This document shows, piece by piece, positions 31,775 through 42,116 of a stretch of DNA of 64,000 bases. Origin of the DNA: Spirochaetaceae bacterium (lineage in GTDB: Bacteria > Spirochaetota > Spirochaetia > DSM-2461); assembly GCA_051531975.1 (NCBI GenBank), contig JAOPTT010000001.1, positions 1 through 64,000 of the forward strand, given 5' to 3'. A model generated the notes under the pieces. It made no database searches, was not told the DNA's origin, and was given only the letters and a program-made list of their open reading frames with translations. The position numbers were made by a program, and so were the translations under genes. How positions within the stretch are numbered: position 1 is the stretch's first letter; the number at the start of each line of letters is the position of its first letter.

Positions 31775-32647
31775 TTATATTTCTCCCACCAAAGGAATTG
31801 AGTCCATAGCTCCATATCTAGAAACTGTTATAGAAGAGGCCTTGGATGCTCTCTGCATTGATTCTCTGACTTCATACCCAGCAGTTCTAGATGCAAGATA
31901 ATAACCTAGGAACGTATCACCAGCTGCAGTTGTATCAACAGCTTTAGTTTTAGTTATAGGTACATACTCTCTAGTCTCATTTCTTCCGTAATAGGCTCCC
32001 GATTCACCAACTGTCATAATGATATCAGTATCTGAGAATTTCTCTGTTAAATGGTTTAAAACCTCTGTAAAACTACTTTTTATTCCCGCTAAACCCTCGG
32101 CTTCCAACTCATTAACAATTAGAATATCAACCATATCTAATGGCCAAGAATTTATGGATTCATCAAAAGGTGCTGGATTAAGACAAATTTTCATCCCTAT
32201 ATTTCTAGCTTCTTCTATAATTTTAGGAACAAGATTTATCTCATTTTGAAGAACCAGATAATCACCAGATTCAAAATGGGATATTGTATCCAGAATTTCT
32301 ACTTCTTTCATATTCTGGTTTCCCCCACCAAATAAAATAATAGAGTTTTCAGCTTTTGGAGTCACTTGAATAATAGCCTGCCCTGTAGAACCTTCATATT
32401 TTCTGATAAGGTCGGTTTTAACACCAAAAGAATTTAATTTCCCCATTAGCCACTCACCATCTTCTCCTATTTTACCACAATGCCAGACCTCTGAGCCGGC
32501 TTTCGCAAGAGCTACAGACTGATTGGCACCTTTACCACCGGCAAACTGCTGCATACTGCTACTAGAAATAGTTTCTCCTGGTCTTACTATGTTAGAAACG
32601 GTAAACACTATATCGATATTCATCGAACCATAATTCAGAATTTTCAT
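31775..32647 (-). CDS. rbsK: Ribokinase (PfkB family)
   Basis: GSMNID, GGKGANQSVALA, LQNEI, NPAP, DTTAAGDTF. Confidence 0.9.
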   Translation of the reverse strand: MKILNYGSMNIDIVFTVSNIVRPGETISSSSMQQFAGGKGANQSVALAKAGSEVWHCGKIGEDGEWLMGKLNSFGVKTDLIRKYEGSTGQAIIQVTPKAENSIILFGGGNQNMKEVEILDTISHFESGDYLVLQNEINLVPKIIEEARNIGMKICLNPAPFDESINSWPLDMVDILIVNELEAEGLAGIKSSFTEVLNHLTEKFSDTDIIMTVGESGAYYGRNETREYVPITKTKAVDTTAAGDTFLGYYLASRTAGYEVRESMQRASKASSITVSRYGAMDSIPLVGEI

Positions 32648-32904
32648 AAGTTATTTCTCCTAAGTATTATCTACCTATAACACTCCTCTCATATAATATA
32701 TAGATTAGAATTACTAATTCAGTTATTTACTACAGCTTAACAGTAACATCTTAGAAGATGAAGTACACTCTTTAAAATGAAATGAACAGAAGACAATTAT
32801 TATCTAATTCAAATATGAACAAATCGTTAATATAGTATTAATAATCTGTCTACTAAATAATTTCTTTTTAAATTCTAAACTCCTAATCAAGGAGATATTA
32901 CGAT

Positions 32905-34203
32905 ATGAAAAGAAATACTTTATTTACAATTTTATTACTTATATCAGTTAATATATTTAGTGAACCACTAATAATAAATCAAAATAAAGCTATTGAATTA
33001 ACATTACAAAATAGTTTGTCATTAAAAAAACAGAAATTAACACAGCTTAATGCAGAGCTAGATAAAAAGACTTCTTACAACGCCTTTTATCCAAAATTAA
33101 CTGGGACCACAGGGTTTAGCCATAATAATACGACCCAAACTACAGATATAGGAACTATGACCTTTGATATCCCTCCAACAAACTTTATTTTAGGATTTGA
33201 AACATCTCTAATGTTCTCTCCTGCAATAATTGATGGGATAAAACTGTTGAACTCAAATGTAGAATTGGAAGAAATTAATACATCTAAAAAAGAGATCGAG
33301 TTAGTTCGGGATATAAAAAAATCATTTTATACACTTATATTATTAGAAGAGCAGATTAAAGTACTTCAGTATAACCACGATGAACTAGAAAAGAGATATA
33401 AACAGTTACAAGAGAACTACAAAATGGGTTATGTAGATGAGTTACAACTGCTAGAAGTTCAGGTAGGTTTAGAAAATTTCAAACCTCAATTAAATAACCT
33501 TAAACAACTATACGATATCTCCATAAAAAGTTTTAAAAACAGTCTTGGTGTAAAATCAGATATTATTTTAGATGGAACAATAGAGATAACAGAGAATAGT
33601 ATTTCTGGAGATACAGATTTAGAAAATAGCATTGATGTAGCTTTATTAGATAAAAGTTTAGAATTCATTGATATTCAGATTGATCTTAAAAAGCACTCAT
33701 TTTACCCAGCTTTAGTCCTTTCATACTCAATGTCTACTGCCTTAAACGATCCATTTGAAACAGATAATTGGGATAGCGATAACTTCTTAGATGATATGGG
33801 AACTTTTTCTGCCATGTTAGCAATGAGTTTTGATTCTCTATTACCAAACTCTAAGACTAGAACTGAGATTAAAAAACTTGAAAATAGTAAAAAAATTGCT
33901 GCTATTGGTAGAGAAGAATTATTAGATGGCTTAGATCTAATGTTGACCCAGAAAATCCAGGTATTAGATAACTCTTTAGAACTACAAGATAGTTTACAAT
34001 CCACCATTAATTTAGCTAAGAGGCGAGTTGATTTAACAATACTTGCATATAACCAGGGAAGTAAAGAACTTCTTGAAGTTGAAAGTGCTGAAAATGAACT
34101 TAGAAAGGCACAACTAGAGCTATTAAGTGAAAAATATAATTACTTAGCAGCAACATTTGATATTGAATATATGATCGGACAAGGACAAGGAAAAGGAGAA
34201 TAA
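32905..34203 (+). CDS. TolC-like outer membrane efflux protein
   Basis: Signal peptide, two OEP repeats (FYPKL / FYPAL; YKMGY / YNQGS). Confidence 0.85.
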   Translation: MKRNTLFTILLLISVNIFSEPLIINQNKAIELTLQNSLSLKKQKLTQLNAELDKKTSYNAFYPKLTGTTGFSHNNTTQTTDIGTMTFDIPPTNFILGFETSLMFSPAIIDGIKLLNSNVELEEINTSKKEIELVRDIKKSFYTLILLEEQIKVLQYNHDELEKRYKQLQENYKMGYVDELQLLEVQVGLENFKPQLNNLKQLYDISIKSFKNSLGVKSDIILDGTIEITENSISGDTDLENSIDVALLDKSLEFIDIQIDLKKHSFYPALVLSYSMSTALNDPFETDNWDSDNFLDDMGTFSAMLAMSFDSLLPNSKTRTEIKKLENSKKIAAIGREELLDGLDLMLTQKIQVLDNSLELQDSLQSTINLAKRRVDLTILAYNQGSKELLEVESAENELRKAQLELLSEKYNYLAATFDIEYMIGQGQGKGE

Positions 34204-34204
34204 G

Positions 34205-35092
34205 ATGAAAAAGATATTATTTATAGGTTTATGTTTAGCCCTATTAACATCATGTAATAAAAAAGAGCAGAAGGAATTACTTGTTGAAGAAGTAAAACTA
34301 CCTATAGTAAAGATTCAAACCATAAAACCTGAAGCTATCAGAGAAACTATAAAATTAGCAGGAGATGTTGTTGCATCTAATAGTGTAGATATCTACCCAG
34401 ACGTTTCAGGTAAAGTTAGTTCTTTATTAGTATCAGAGGGAGACTATGTTAAAAAAGGAACTATTGTTGGATATATAGATAGAAATAAACCAGGTATGAA
34501 CTTTGCGTTAAGTCCTGTAGAGTCACCAATTACTGGAACTATAACCCAGGTAATAGGAAAAGTAGGTTCAATGTCAGCACCTAGTGCTCCACTATTTAAA
34601 ATAGGGACATTAGATGAGTTAGAAATAATAACAAATATATCAGAAAGAGATTTAAACAGAGTAAAAAAAGGTCTTAATGCTGTAATTACAACAGAGACTT
34701 ATGTAGATGAACTGTTTTTAGCTTCCATTTCAGAATTAAATCCAGTTGTTAACCCTATAACAAGGTCTCTTAAAATTAAGCTAAAACTACATGATACTAA
34801 AAAGGTCTTAAAACCTGGAATGTTTGTAAATATTACCCTAATAACAAAAAATATAAACAAAACAACAGTGGTTGATAGGGATAATATCGTAACAAGAAAT
34901 AACCAGAGTTATATTTGGAAATTTGTTGACGATAAAGTATTTTTTACCCCAGTGGAATTTGGATTACAAAATGAGAGTTCTGTAGAGATAACTAAAGGTT
35001 TAGAAGTTGGGGAATCCATTGTAACAGAAGGTTTCACATACCTTGAAGATGGTTCGGAAGTTAGAACAATAACTAGCAAGGAGAGTGAATAA
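34205..35092 (+). CDS. RND efflux membrane fusion (periplasmic adaptor) lipoprotein
   Basis: Lipobox LTSC, VSGKV..VSEGDYVKKG, SPITG, LKPGMF. Confidence 0.92.
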   Translation: MKKILFIGLCLALLTSCNKKEQKELLVEEVKLPIVKIQTIKPEAIRETIKLAGDVVASNSVDIYPDVSGKVSSLLVSEGDYVKKGTIVGYIDRNKPGMNFALSPVESPITGTITQVIGKVGSMSAPSAPLFKIGTLDELEIITNISERDLNRVKKGLNAVITTETYVDELFLASISELNPVVNPITRSLKIKLKLHDTKKVLKPGMFVNITLITKNINKTTVVDRDNIVTRNNQSYIWKFVDDKVFFTPVEFGLQNESSVEITKGLEVGESIVTEGFTYLEDGSEVRTITSKESE

Positions 35093-38000
35093 TGTTAAAA
35101 TCCTTACTTAAAAAACCCCTAACAGTTGTTGTTAGTTTTGTGGTTATTTCAGTTTTGGGATTAGCCCTACTAAAAGATGTGCCAGTAGACTTTTTCCCAT
35201 CCTTTGAAGTACCAATTATTGCAATTTCCACAGTATACCCTATGGCCACCCCAGGTGAAGTAGAAGAGAGTGTTACAAGAGTAATTGAAGAGAATATTGT
35301 AAATATCTCTGGACTTAAAAAGATCTCATCAACCTCTAGTGAGAGTTATTCCTTAGTTGTTATGGAGTTTAATTGGGGTGAAACCGTAGATGTAAAAGCC
35401 ACCGATGTTAGAGATCAGTTAGAGAGAGTTATTAGTAAGCTACCAGAGGAGTGTGATAAACCCCTTGTTCTAAAGTTTGATCCAGGTGCAATGCCCGTTA
35501 TGGAGTTAACCTTAAAAGGTAGCAGAGATATAGCAGAGTTATACGATATTGCAAAAGATAGTATAGCTTTAGAACTTGAAAAAATTGATGGTGTTGCCTC
35601 TGTAGATATTGCAGGTGGAACCACAGAGATTGTTAAGGTCGACTTTTTACAAAACAGAATGGAAGCATTAAACATTAGTATTAGCCAGGTAGCAGGAATA
35701 TTAAAAAGTCAGAATATTCAGTTAGGTTCTGGTGCTATAACAGAGGGAGATATTAACTATTTAATTAAAACTAAGGGTCAGTTTACATCTTTAGAAGAGA
35801 TTAAAAATACCTCTGTTAGAACAGTTGGAGCCACACGGACGATCTCAGGCCAAGAGATTTTACTTAAAGATATTGCTGACGTATATATGGGGTTTTCAGA
35901 TGAAAGTTCAAGGATATATGTAAATGGAGAACCAGGGATTACTCTTTCTGTGGTTAAAAGAACTGAAGCAAATACTGTAGATACAGCAAAAGATGTTTCA
36001 AATATAGTAGGACAACTTAATAAGCAACTACCTGGTGATATAGAGATTATGATATTAAGTGATAGCTCTGAAGCGATAACAAACGCACTATCTGAGGTTT
36101 TAACAAGTGCAGAGTTAGGTCTGATTTTTGCTGTAATAATACTATTTCTATTTTTAAGACAGTTAAGGTCTACAATAATTGTAGCAATATCACTTCCTGT
36201 TTCTCTATTAATTACAGTTGCAGGTATAGCTTTAACTGGGAATACAATTAATATGTTAACTCTAACTGGACTTTTAGTTGGTATAGGTATGATTGTAGAT
36301 GGCTCAATTGTTATGTTAGAGAATATATTTGTCTACCGTAATAAAGGTGTACTTTTAGAACCGTCTGCCCATTTAGGGGCAACTGAGATGGCGGCACCAA
36401 TAACAGGTTCAACTTTAACATCAATATTTGTATTTTTACCACTGTTAATTTTTGGAAAACAACTAGATATTTTTGGCATCCTTTTTAACTCAATGTCTAT
36501 AACAGTTATTATTGCCCTACTTTCATCTCTTGTAGTTGCAATATTTTTAATACCTGTTTTATCAGGAAAAGTGATAAAGATATATACAACAAAACAGAGA
36601 CCTATTAAAAATAGATTTTTTAAGTTTTTAGACGATGCCATGGAGAGAGCTTTAACATCTGTAGATAATTTTTATAAGAAAACACTAACCGTTGTTATCA
36701 AACACAGAGTTAAAACAATTCTATTTTTTGTAGTCTTACTAATCGCATCATTCATACAGATTAAAAATGTAGGATTTGTAATGATGGTTCAAACAGAGGC
36801 AGATAGTATATTACTAAATGTAGAGTTGCCTGTAGGTTCATCATTAGAAAAAACAGATAAAATCCTAATGGACTTTGAGAATCTAATAGATACTGAGTTC
36901 ACAGATATTAAAAATAGTGTAATTACAGTAGGTGTAGGACGGTTAGCAGGAAGCAGTAGTTACAAGGGTAAAATATTAATAACTCTAGCGGATAAAAATA
37001 TAAGAACTACATCGGAAACTATTGCTAAAGATAGGTTAAGATCATTATTTGATAAATACCCAGATTGTGATTTTGAGTTTCAGGCAACAGATCAGACATC
37101 TAGAATTACTGGAGGAAGTGGGCTAAATATCGATATTACCGGTGCAAACTTAGAAAAAGTTCAAGAAACAGCAATAGAGTTACAGGAACTTATAAAAAAT
37201 AGAGCAGAAACAGTTTCTGATGTTAACAGTGATTTTGATGGAGGATTACCACAGATAGAGATCCAGTTTGATAGGGCTAAAATATACGATTTAGGACTAA
37301 ACACCCAAACTTTGGCTGGGGAAATTAGAGCCATGTTAGCAGGAACAAATGCAAGTACATACTACGATGGAGAAGAGGAGTACGATATAGTTCTAAGATT
37401 AAAAGAACAGGATAGGAATGAGAGAATAAACCTAGATTCACTATTTATTTTAAATAGATCTGGAAATAGGATTCCACTTTCTAATATTGCAACTTTTACT
37501 GAACAGGACTCCCCTGCTGCTATTAAAAGAGAGAATCAGTCTAGAATTATTAAGGTAAACCTTACTCCAAAACAGGGGATACTTTCTGCTACAGTAAAAT
37601 CTGAAATTGAAGAGTTAATAGATAATGAACTACTAATACCTGATGGAGTAGATATTAAACTATCTGGAGATACTGAGCAGTTAATGGAGTATACGGAAGC
37701 TCTATTAATGATTATGGGCTTTGCAATACTTTTAGTATTTGCAGTTATGGTAAGCCAGTTTGAGTCTCTAAAAGCACCATTTATTATCTTTTTATCCATG
37801 CCAATGTTAGTTATAGGTATTGTATTAGCTTTTACAATAATGGGTATGCCATTAAGTATGTTTACTCTAATAGGGGTTCTGATGTTATTAGGAATTGTAG
37901 TAAATAACGGTATTGTATTAGTAGATCGAATAAACCTATTTGTAAAAAGAGGAATGCATATAAAAGAGGCTTCAATAGAAGCGTCAAAGACCAGGCTTAG

Positions 38001-38199
38001 ACCAATTTTAATGACAACATTAACTACTATTTGTGCAATGATACCAATGGCCTACTTTCCAACACCAGGAAGTGAAATGATGCAACCATTAGGAATTACA
38101 GTTACTGCAGGTTTAGCTGCGAATACAATTATTACACTATACCTAGTACCAACTTTATATACGTTATTAATTAAGAAAAAGGAGCTATCCGATGATTAG
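35092..38199 (+). CDS. RND efflux permease (AcrB family)
   Basis: 1035 aa; GMIVDGSIVMLENI, GIVVNNGIVLVD, RLRPILMTTLTT. Confidence 0.95.
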   Translation: MLKSLLKKPLTVVVSFVVISVLGLALLKDVPVDFFPSFEVPIIAISTVYPMATPGEVEESVTRVIEENIVNISGLKKISSTSSESYSLVVMEFNWGETVDVKATDVRDQLERVISKLPEECDKPLVLKFDPGAMPVMELTLKGSRDIAELYDIAKDSIALELEKIDGVASVDIAGGTTEIVKVDFLQNRMEALNISISQVAGILKSQNIQLGSGAITEGDINYLIKTKGQFTSLEEIKNTSVRTVGATRTISGQEILLKDIADVYMGFSDESSRIYVNGEPGITLSVVKRTEANTVDTAKDVSNIVGQLNKQLPGDIEIMILSDSSEAITNALSEVLTSAELGLIFAVIILFLFLRQLRSTIIVAISLPVSLLITVAGIALTGNTINMLTLTGLLVGIGMIVDGSIVMLENIFVYRNKGVLLEPSAHLGATEMAAPITGSTLTSIFVFLPLLIFGKQLDIFGILFNSMSITVIIALLSSLVVAIFLIPVLSGKVIKIYTTKQRPIKNRFFKFLDDAMERALTSVDNFYKKTLTVVIKHRVKTILFFVVLLIASFIQIKNVGFVMMVQTEADSILLNVELPVGSSLEKTDKILMDFENLIDTEFTDIKNSVITVGVGRLAGSSSYKGKILITLADKNIRTTSETIAKDRLRSLFDKYPDCDFEFQATDQTSRITGGSGLNIDITGANLEKVQETAIELQELIKNRAETVSDVNSDFDGGLPQIEIQFDRAKIYDLGLNTQTLAGEIRAMLAGTNASTYYDGEEEYDIVLRLKEQDRNERINLDSLFILNRSGNRIPLSNIATFTEQDSPAAIKRENQSRIIKVNLTPKQGILSATVKSEIEELIDNELLIPDGVDIKLSGDTEQLMEYTEALLMIMGFAILLVFAVMVSQFESLKAPFIIFLSMPMLVIGIVLAFTIMGMPLSMFTLIGVLMLLGIVVNNGIVLVDRINLFVKRGMHIKEASIEASKTRLRPILMTTLTTICAMIPMAYFPTPGSEMMQPLGITVTAGLAANTIITLYLVPTLYTLLIKKKELSDD

Positions 38200-38482
38200 G
38201 CTAGATATTTTTGCAAATCAGGCATTAAGTGATATAATTGAAAGAGATTTAAACAAATTAAACAGTATAAACTATACATTGTTAAGAGATTCCGCAGGTA
38301 AAGGGCATAAAGGTTTTTGCCTAGGAAACGATGTATGGCCAGAGCACAATGTAGTGTTTATTATATACTGTAATAAAGAACAGCTGCCAATAATAGAACA
38401 AGAGTTAAGGAGACTTAAAGAGAAGTTTCCAATTATTGGATTAAGCTGTTTTTGTACAGATAATGTTAAAGAACTAATTTAG
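38192..38482 (+). CDS. PII-like (PG0541-type) transporter-associated protein
   Basis: 96 aa, GKG..G...G..VWPE.N motif, overlaps the RND permease stop. Confidence 0.7.
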   Translation: MIRLDIFANQALSDIIERDLNKLNSINYTLLRDSAGKGHKGFCLGNDVWPEHNVVFIIYCNKEQLPIIEQELRRLKEKFPIIGLSCFCTDNVKELI

Positions 38483-38498
38483 AGTTAAGGGGAAAACA

Positions 38499-39194
38499 GT
38501 GCGTGGAAATATACTGATTATAGAAGATGAAGCAGAAATTGCCGAATTAATAACTCTGTACCTTGAAAATGATGGTATAACAACTTTCCATGCACCCTCT
38601 GGTGAAGAGGGGCTGAAACTTCTTTCTGAAAAAGAGATAGATCTAATCATTTTAGATATAAACTTACCAGGAATTGATGGTTTTGAAGTTCTACAAAAAC
38701 TAAGAGTAGACCACATAACTCCTGTTATAATTGTATCTGCTAGAACCGACGATTCAGATCTGATTATGGGTTTTGGTATAGGTGCAGATGATTTTGTATC
38801 TAAACCCTTCTCTCCAAAAGTATTAACGGCTAGGGTCAGAGCTCATTTAAGACGTATAAAACTAAATAGTGCTGTAAGTAAAAATATAATTAAATTTGGA
38901 AACTGCGTCTTAGACCTAGAATTTTATAGTCTTAAAAAAGACGACAAAGTAATAAATCTTAGTCCTAAAGAGATTGAGATTGTTATCTATTTGGTGAATA
39001 GCCGAGGTAAAAAAAGATCCCAGGAAGATATTTACGAAGCTGTCTGGGGCTCTACTTATGGAGATATATCTACAGTAACTGTACATATGCGTAGAATTAG
39101 GCAAAAAATAGAAGATGATCCACAAAAACCAAAGTTCTTTAAAACTTCCCACGGTTTTGGTTATTTTTTCGAGGCCCAAAACAATGACATTTAG
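38499..39194 (+). CDS. OmpR family response regulator
   Basis: LDINLPGIDG, GADDFVSKPF, TVHMRRIRQKIE. Confidence 0.95.
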   Translation: MRGNILIIEDEAEIAELITLYLENDGITTFHAPSGEEGLKLLSEKEIDLIILDINLPGIDGFEVLQKLRVDHITPVIIVSARTDDSDLIMGFGIGADDFVSKPFSPKVLTARVRAHLRRIKLNSAVSKNIIKFGNCVLDLEFYSLKKDDKVINLSPKEIEIVIYLVNSRGKKRSQEDIYEAVWGSTYGDISTVTVHMRRIRQKIEDDPQKPKFFKTSHGFGYFFEAQNNDI

Positions 39195-40518
39195 GAAAAG
39201 ATATATAATTATTTTATCTATAAATACCCTTCTCTCTCTACTTTTTATATGCGCAATACCTTTTGGTGCATATAACTTTTTTTCACCTTCAGAATATAAA
39301 AATACAGGTTTAGTATCCCAAAAAAAATTCCACAAAGAATTATATGCTAGGTTAACAAATAATACAGCACAAATAGATAAACTTAATAGACGACATATAA
39401 TAATGATATTTGAACAAAATAGTGGAATTACTTACTCTGCAGTTAAAACAGATGTAAACGACTTAAATATTAATACTACTATTACAAACCTAAAAATGTT
39501 TGAAAACAGTTCCTTTAGTTACAGAACTGAGCCATTTAAATTCAAAGATTCTTATGGTATTTTTGTATTTAGAATTGATAAATCTACAATTTTTGGATAT
39601 ATAAGACTCTACCTAATCCCTATACTATTAGTTTCAACTCTCATATTTTTTATAATACCAGCTCTTATCAATTTTAAACTTTTATACTCCCTTAAAATGT
39701 CATTTTTTAGTTTGGAAGAGGCTGCAGAGAAAGTATCTAAAGGAGAGTTTGATCTTAACCTTGTAAGGGATAATAAAGATGAACTCCACAGCTTTTATGA
39801 GTCTTTTAATAAGATGGGTTTAGTTTTAAAGGAAAACAGAGACCAGAAGGCTAGGATTTTAATGTCAATTTCCCACGATCTTAAAACACCTCTAACCAGT
39901 ATGAAGGGTTATATTGAAGCTTTTAATGACAAATTAGTACCTAAAGATAAAACAGAGAAATACTACAAAATAATAAAGGATAAATCTAATATATTAGAAG
40001 AGAGAATAAATACATTAGTAGACTATTCTAAAATGGAAACTACAGAATGGAAAAGAACGTTTACCACTATAAATATTAAGGAGTTTTTAACGGAACTAAC
40101 CATGGCATTTAAAGATGATTGTCTGATTTACAATAGAGTTTTTGACTATCAAATTGATATAAATGACAAAGAAACATTATCGTGCGATTCCATACTTTTA
40201 AATAGAGCAATAGAAAACATACTAGAGAATGCTAAAAGATATACAGCTGCTGAGGGGAATATTTCTTTAACAGCAACTATAAAACAAGGAAATCTTAAAA
40301 TTATTATTGATGACAATGGAAAAGGAATATCAGATAGTGATATAAAATACATTTTTGAGCCATTTTATAAGGTTGATAAAGGTCGGAACTCTAAAGGTAT
40401 GGGTATGGGTCTTTATACTGTAAAGTCAATTATCGAAAGCCATAGGGGATTTATAACCTGTAAATCTAGCGGTTCTGGTACAACTTTTACAATTGAATTA
40501 TTACTTTTAAATATATAA
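39184..40518 (+). CDS. Sensor histidine kinase with HAMP (likely start 39184; ORF track start 39115)
   Basis: ISHDLKTPL, NILENAKRY, DNGKGI, GMGMGL. Confidence 0.93.
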   Translation: MTFRKRYIIILSINTLLSLLFICAIPFGAYNFFSPSEYKNTGLVSQKKFHKELYARLTNNTAQIDKLNRRHIIMIFEQNSGITYSAVKTDVNDLNINTTITNLKMFENSSFSYRTEPFKFKDSYGIFVFRIDKSTIFGYIRLYLIPILLVSTLIFFIIPALINFKLLYSLKMSFFSLEEAAEKVSKGEFDLNLVRDNKDELHSFYESFNKMGLVLKENRDQKARILMSISHDLKTPLTSMKGYIEAFNDKLVPKDKTEKYYKIIKDKSNILEERINTLVDYSKMETTEWKRTFTTINIKEFLTELTMAFKDDCLIYNRVFDYQIDINDKETLSCDSILLNRAIENILENAKRYTAAEGNISLTATIKQGNLKIIIDDNGKGISDSDIKYIFEPFYKVDKGRNSKGMGMGLYTVKSIIESHRGFITCKSSGSGTTFTIELLLLNI

Positions 40519-40547
40519 AATGATGACAATTCTACATAAAATAATAT

Positions 40548-41912
40548 TCAGATTTCTCTAGTTATTCTTTTAACCTGACTGATCATATATAAGGGAAGAC
40601 TTATCAGTTTAAAATCTACAATTTTATTAACACCCCCCACTTGGATTTTATGGTTAGTATTTGTTACAGATGGTGAACTTAAATTGAACCTTACTGCAAA
40701 AGGGGAAGCCTTTCTAGAAGCCATAAAAACATGTAAGGATTTCAAGCTACCTGTAGTCCCTGCTTTTACTTCAATAGGAATAACTCTATTATTTACTGTT
40801 ATTAAATAATCAACTTCTGCATTAGCGTTTTTATTTTGTCTAATCCAGTAATACATTTCCCTATCTTCAAAAGGTAAAAAACACCCTATTAGCTCCTGAG
40901 CAGTGAACTGTTCTGCCAATAATCCCTCTCTGATTGTTAACATATCCATAGTATTAGTCAGTTCTAATCCGCAGATGCGATTACTTAAACCTATATCCAC
41001 AAAAGCAGTTTTAAAATGCTCTGGCTTTACCTCAGCCCCTAATGGAATGCCATCTCCACCAGAATGACAAATTTTATGAGAGATCCTTGCCATCACCAAA
41101 CTATTTATTGCATTTTTAACAACATTTGAACGAACATTTTTATTTATATTGCTGTATTTTATTTTTTTCCCTGTATTTCTTCCTAAATATAAAAAAGCTT
41201 CCGCTAGATAATGAAGTTCATCTCTATTTGCATATTTCAAAAAATCATGTTGTATAGAAGTAGTTAATGCAGTTTGAACACGCTGTACAGAGAGCAAATC
41301 CATAGAGCTAAAATATTCCTGTACTACTTCTGGCATACCTCCAATAAAATAGTAACTTCTGAGTGCTTCTAGTAATTGATTGTGTGTAACAGGGGGTATT
41401 TCTTCACTCAAATTATACCTCTCAATATAATTTCGAAGATTTTGTTTGCCCACCCCAGATAAAAATTCACAAAAAGTTAATGGATACATATACATGAACT
41501 CCACTCTGCCTACAGGCATGGGGTATTGTAACTCGTTTAGTGTAAAATCCAGTAGAGACCCCGCTGCTATGACATGCAGTCCCGATCTCTTCTCAAAAAA
41601 ATATCTTAAAGATTTTAAGAGTTCAGAGCAAAGTTGACATTCATCAAAAAAAAGTAAAGTTTTATTGTCGATAATTGGAATACCAGTTGCTAAAGTTATT
41701 TCATCTATAATTCTATTTATATTATTATCACGAAAATATGAAATAGCATCCCTATTTTCTTCAAAATCAATCTTAATATAATGAGTGAACGTTTTAGCAA
41801 AAACATCGACACTCCATGTTTTCCCAACTTGTCGTGCTCCACGAATTATAAGAGGTTTATGGGATTCCCTTTCTTTCCACTCTAATAAATAATTATCTAT
41901 ATTCCTGTCCAT
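40548..41912 (-). CDS. AAA_14 ATPase with C-terminal DUF4143 / PD-(D/E)xK-like domain
   Basis: Walker A GARQVGKT, FFDECQ, AAGSLL, GGMPE, EVDYL...IPIEVKAG. Confidence 0.9.
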   Translation of the reverse strand: MDRNIDNYLLEWKERESHKPLIIRGARQVGKTWSVDVFAKTFTHYIKIDFEENRDAISYFRDNNINRIIDEITLATGIPIIDNKTLLFFDECQLCSELLKSLRYFFEKRSGLHVIAAGSLLDFTLNELQYPMPVGRVEFMYMYPLTFCEFLSGVGKQNLRNYIERYNLSEEIPPVTHNQLLEALRSYYFIGGMPEVVQEYFSSMDLLSVQRVQTALTTSIQHDFLKYANRDELHYLAEAFLYLGRNTGKKIKYSNINKNVRSNVVKNAINSLVMARISHKICHSGGDGIPLGAEVKPEHFKTAFVDIGLSNRICGLELTNTMDMLTIREGLLAEQFTAQELIGCFLPFEDREMYYWIRQNKNANAEVDYLITVNNRVIPIEVKAGTTGSLKSLHVFMASRKASPFAVRFNLSSPSVTNTNHKIQVGGVNKIVDFKLISLPLYMISQVKRITREI

Positions 41913-41943
41913 ATAAACATAATATCATAGAAACATTCTATTT

Positions 41944-42021
41944 ACCATTGGATTATGACAGCAGACTCAACAAAACACCATTGGATTATAGCTAACAATA
42001 GGATGAATCACCATTGGATTA
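41944..42021. repeat. Three exact 12-bp direct repeats ACCATTGGATTA at a 33-bp period
   Basis: Copies start at 41944, 41977 and 42010, separated by unrelated 21-bp spacers. Confidence 0.9.
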
Positions 42022-42054
42022 CAACTAAAACTTTTGCAAAAATACACGTTATAT

Positions 42055-42116
42055 GGGGTAGTGGAAGCGAAGCTGTCACCAGGGGCCACGGGATTAGTGT
42101 CAACTAACTTTTATAG
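42055..42116 (+). repeat. Left terminal inverted repeat of the Tn3-family element
   Basis: Reverse complement of 44994-45055 with 4 mismatches in 62 bp; contains the tnpA stop codon. Confidence 0.93.

Noticed and set aside
41944..42021. CRISPR array interpretation of the 33-bp-period repeats
   Set aside because: 12-bp repeat, 21-bp spacers, only three units and no cas genes; kept as a phased repeat instead
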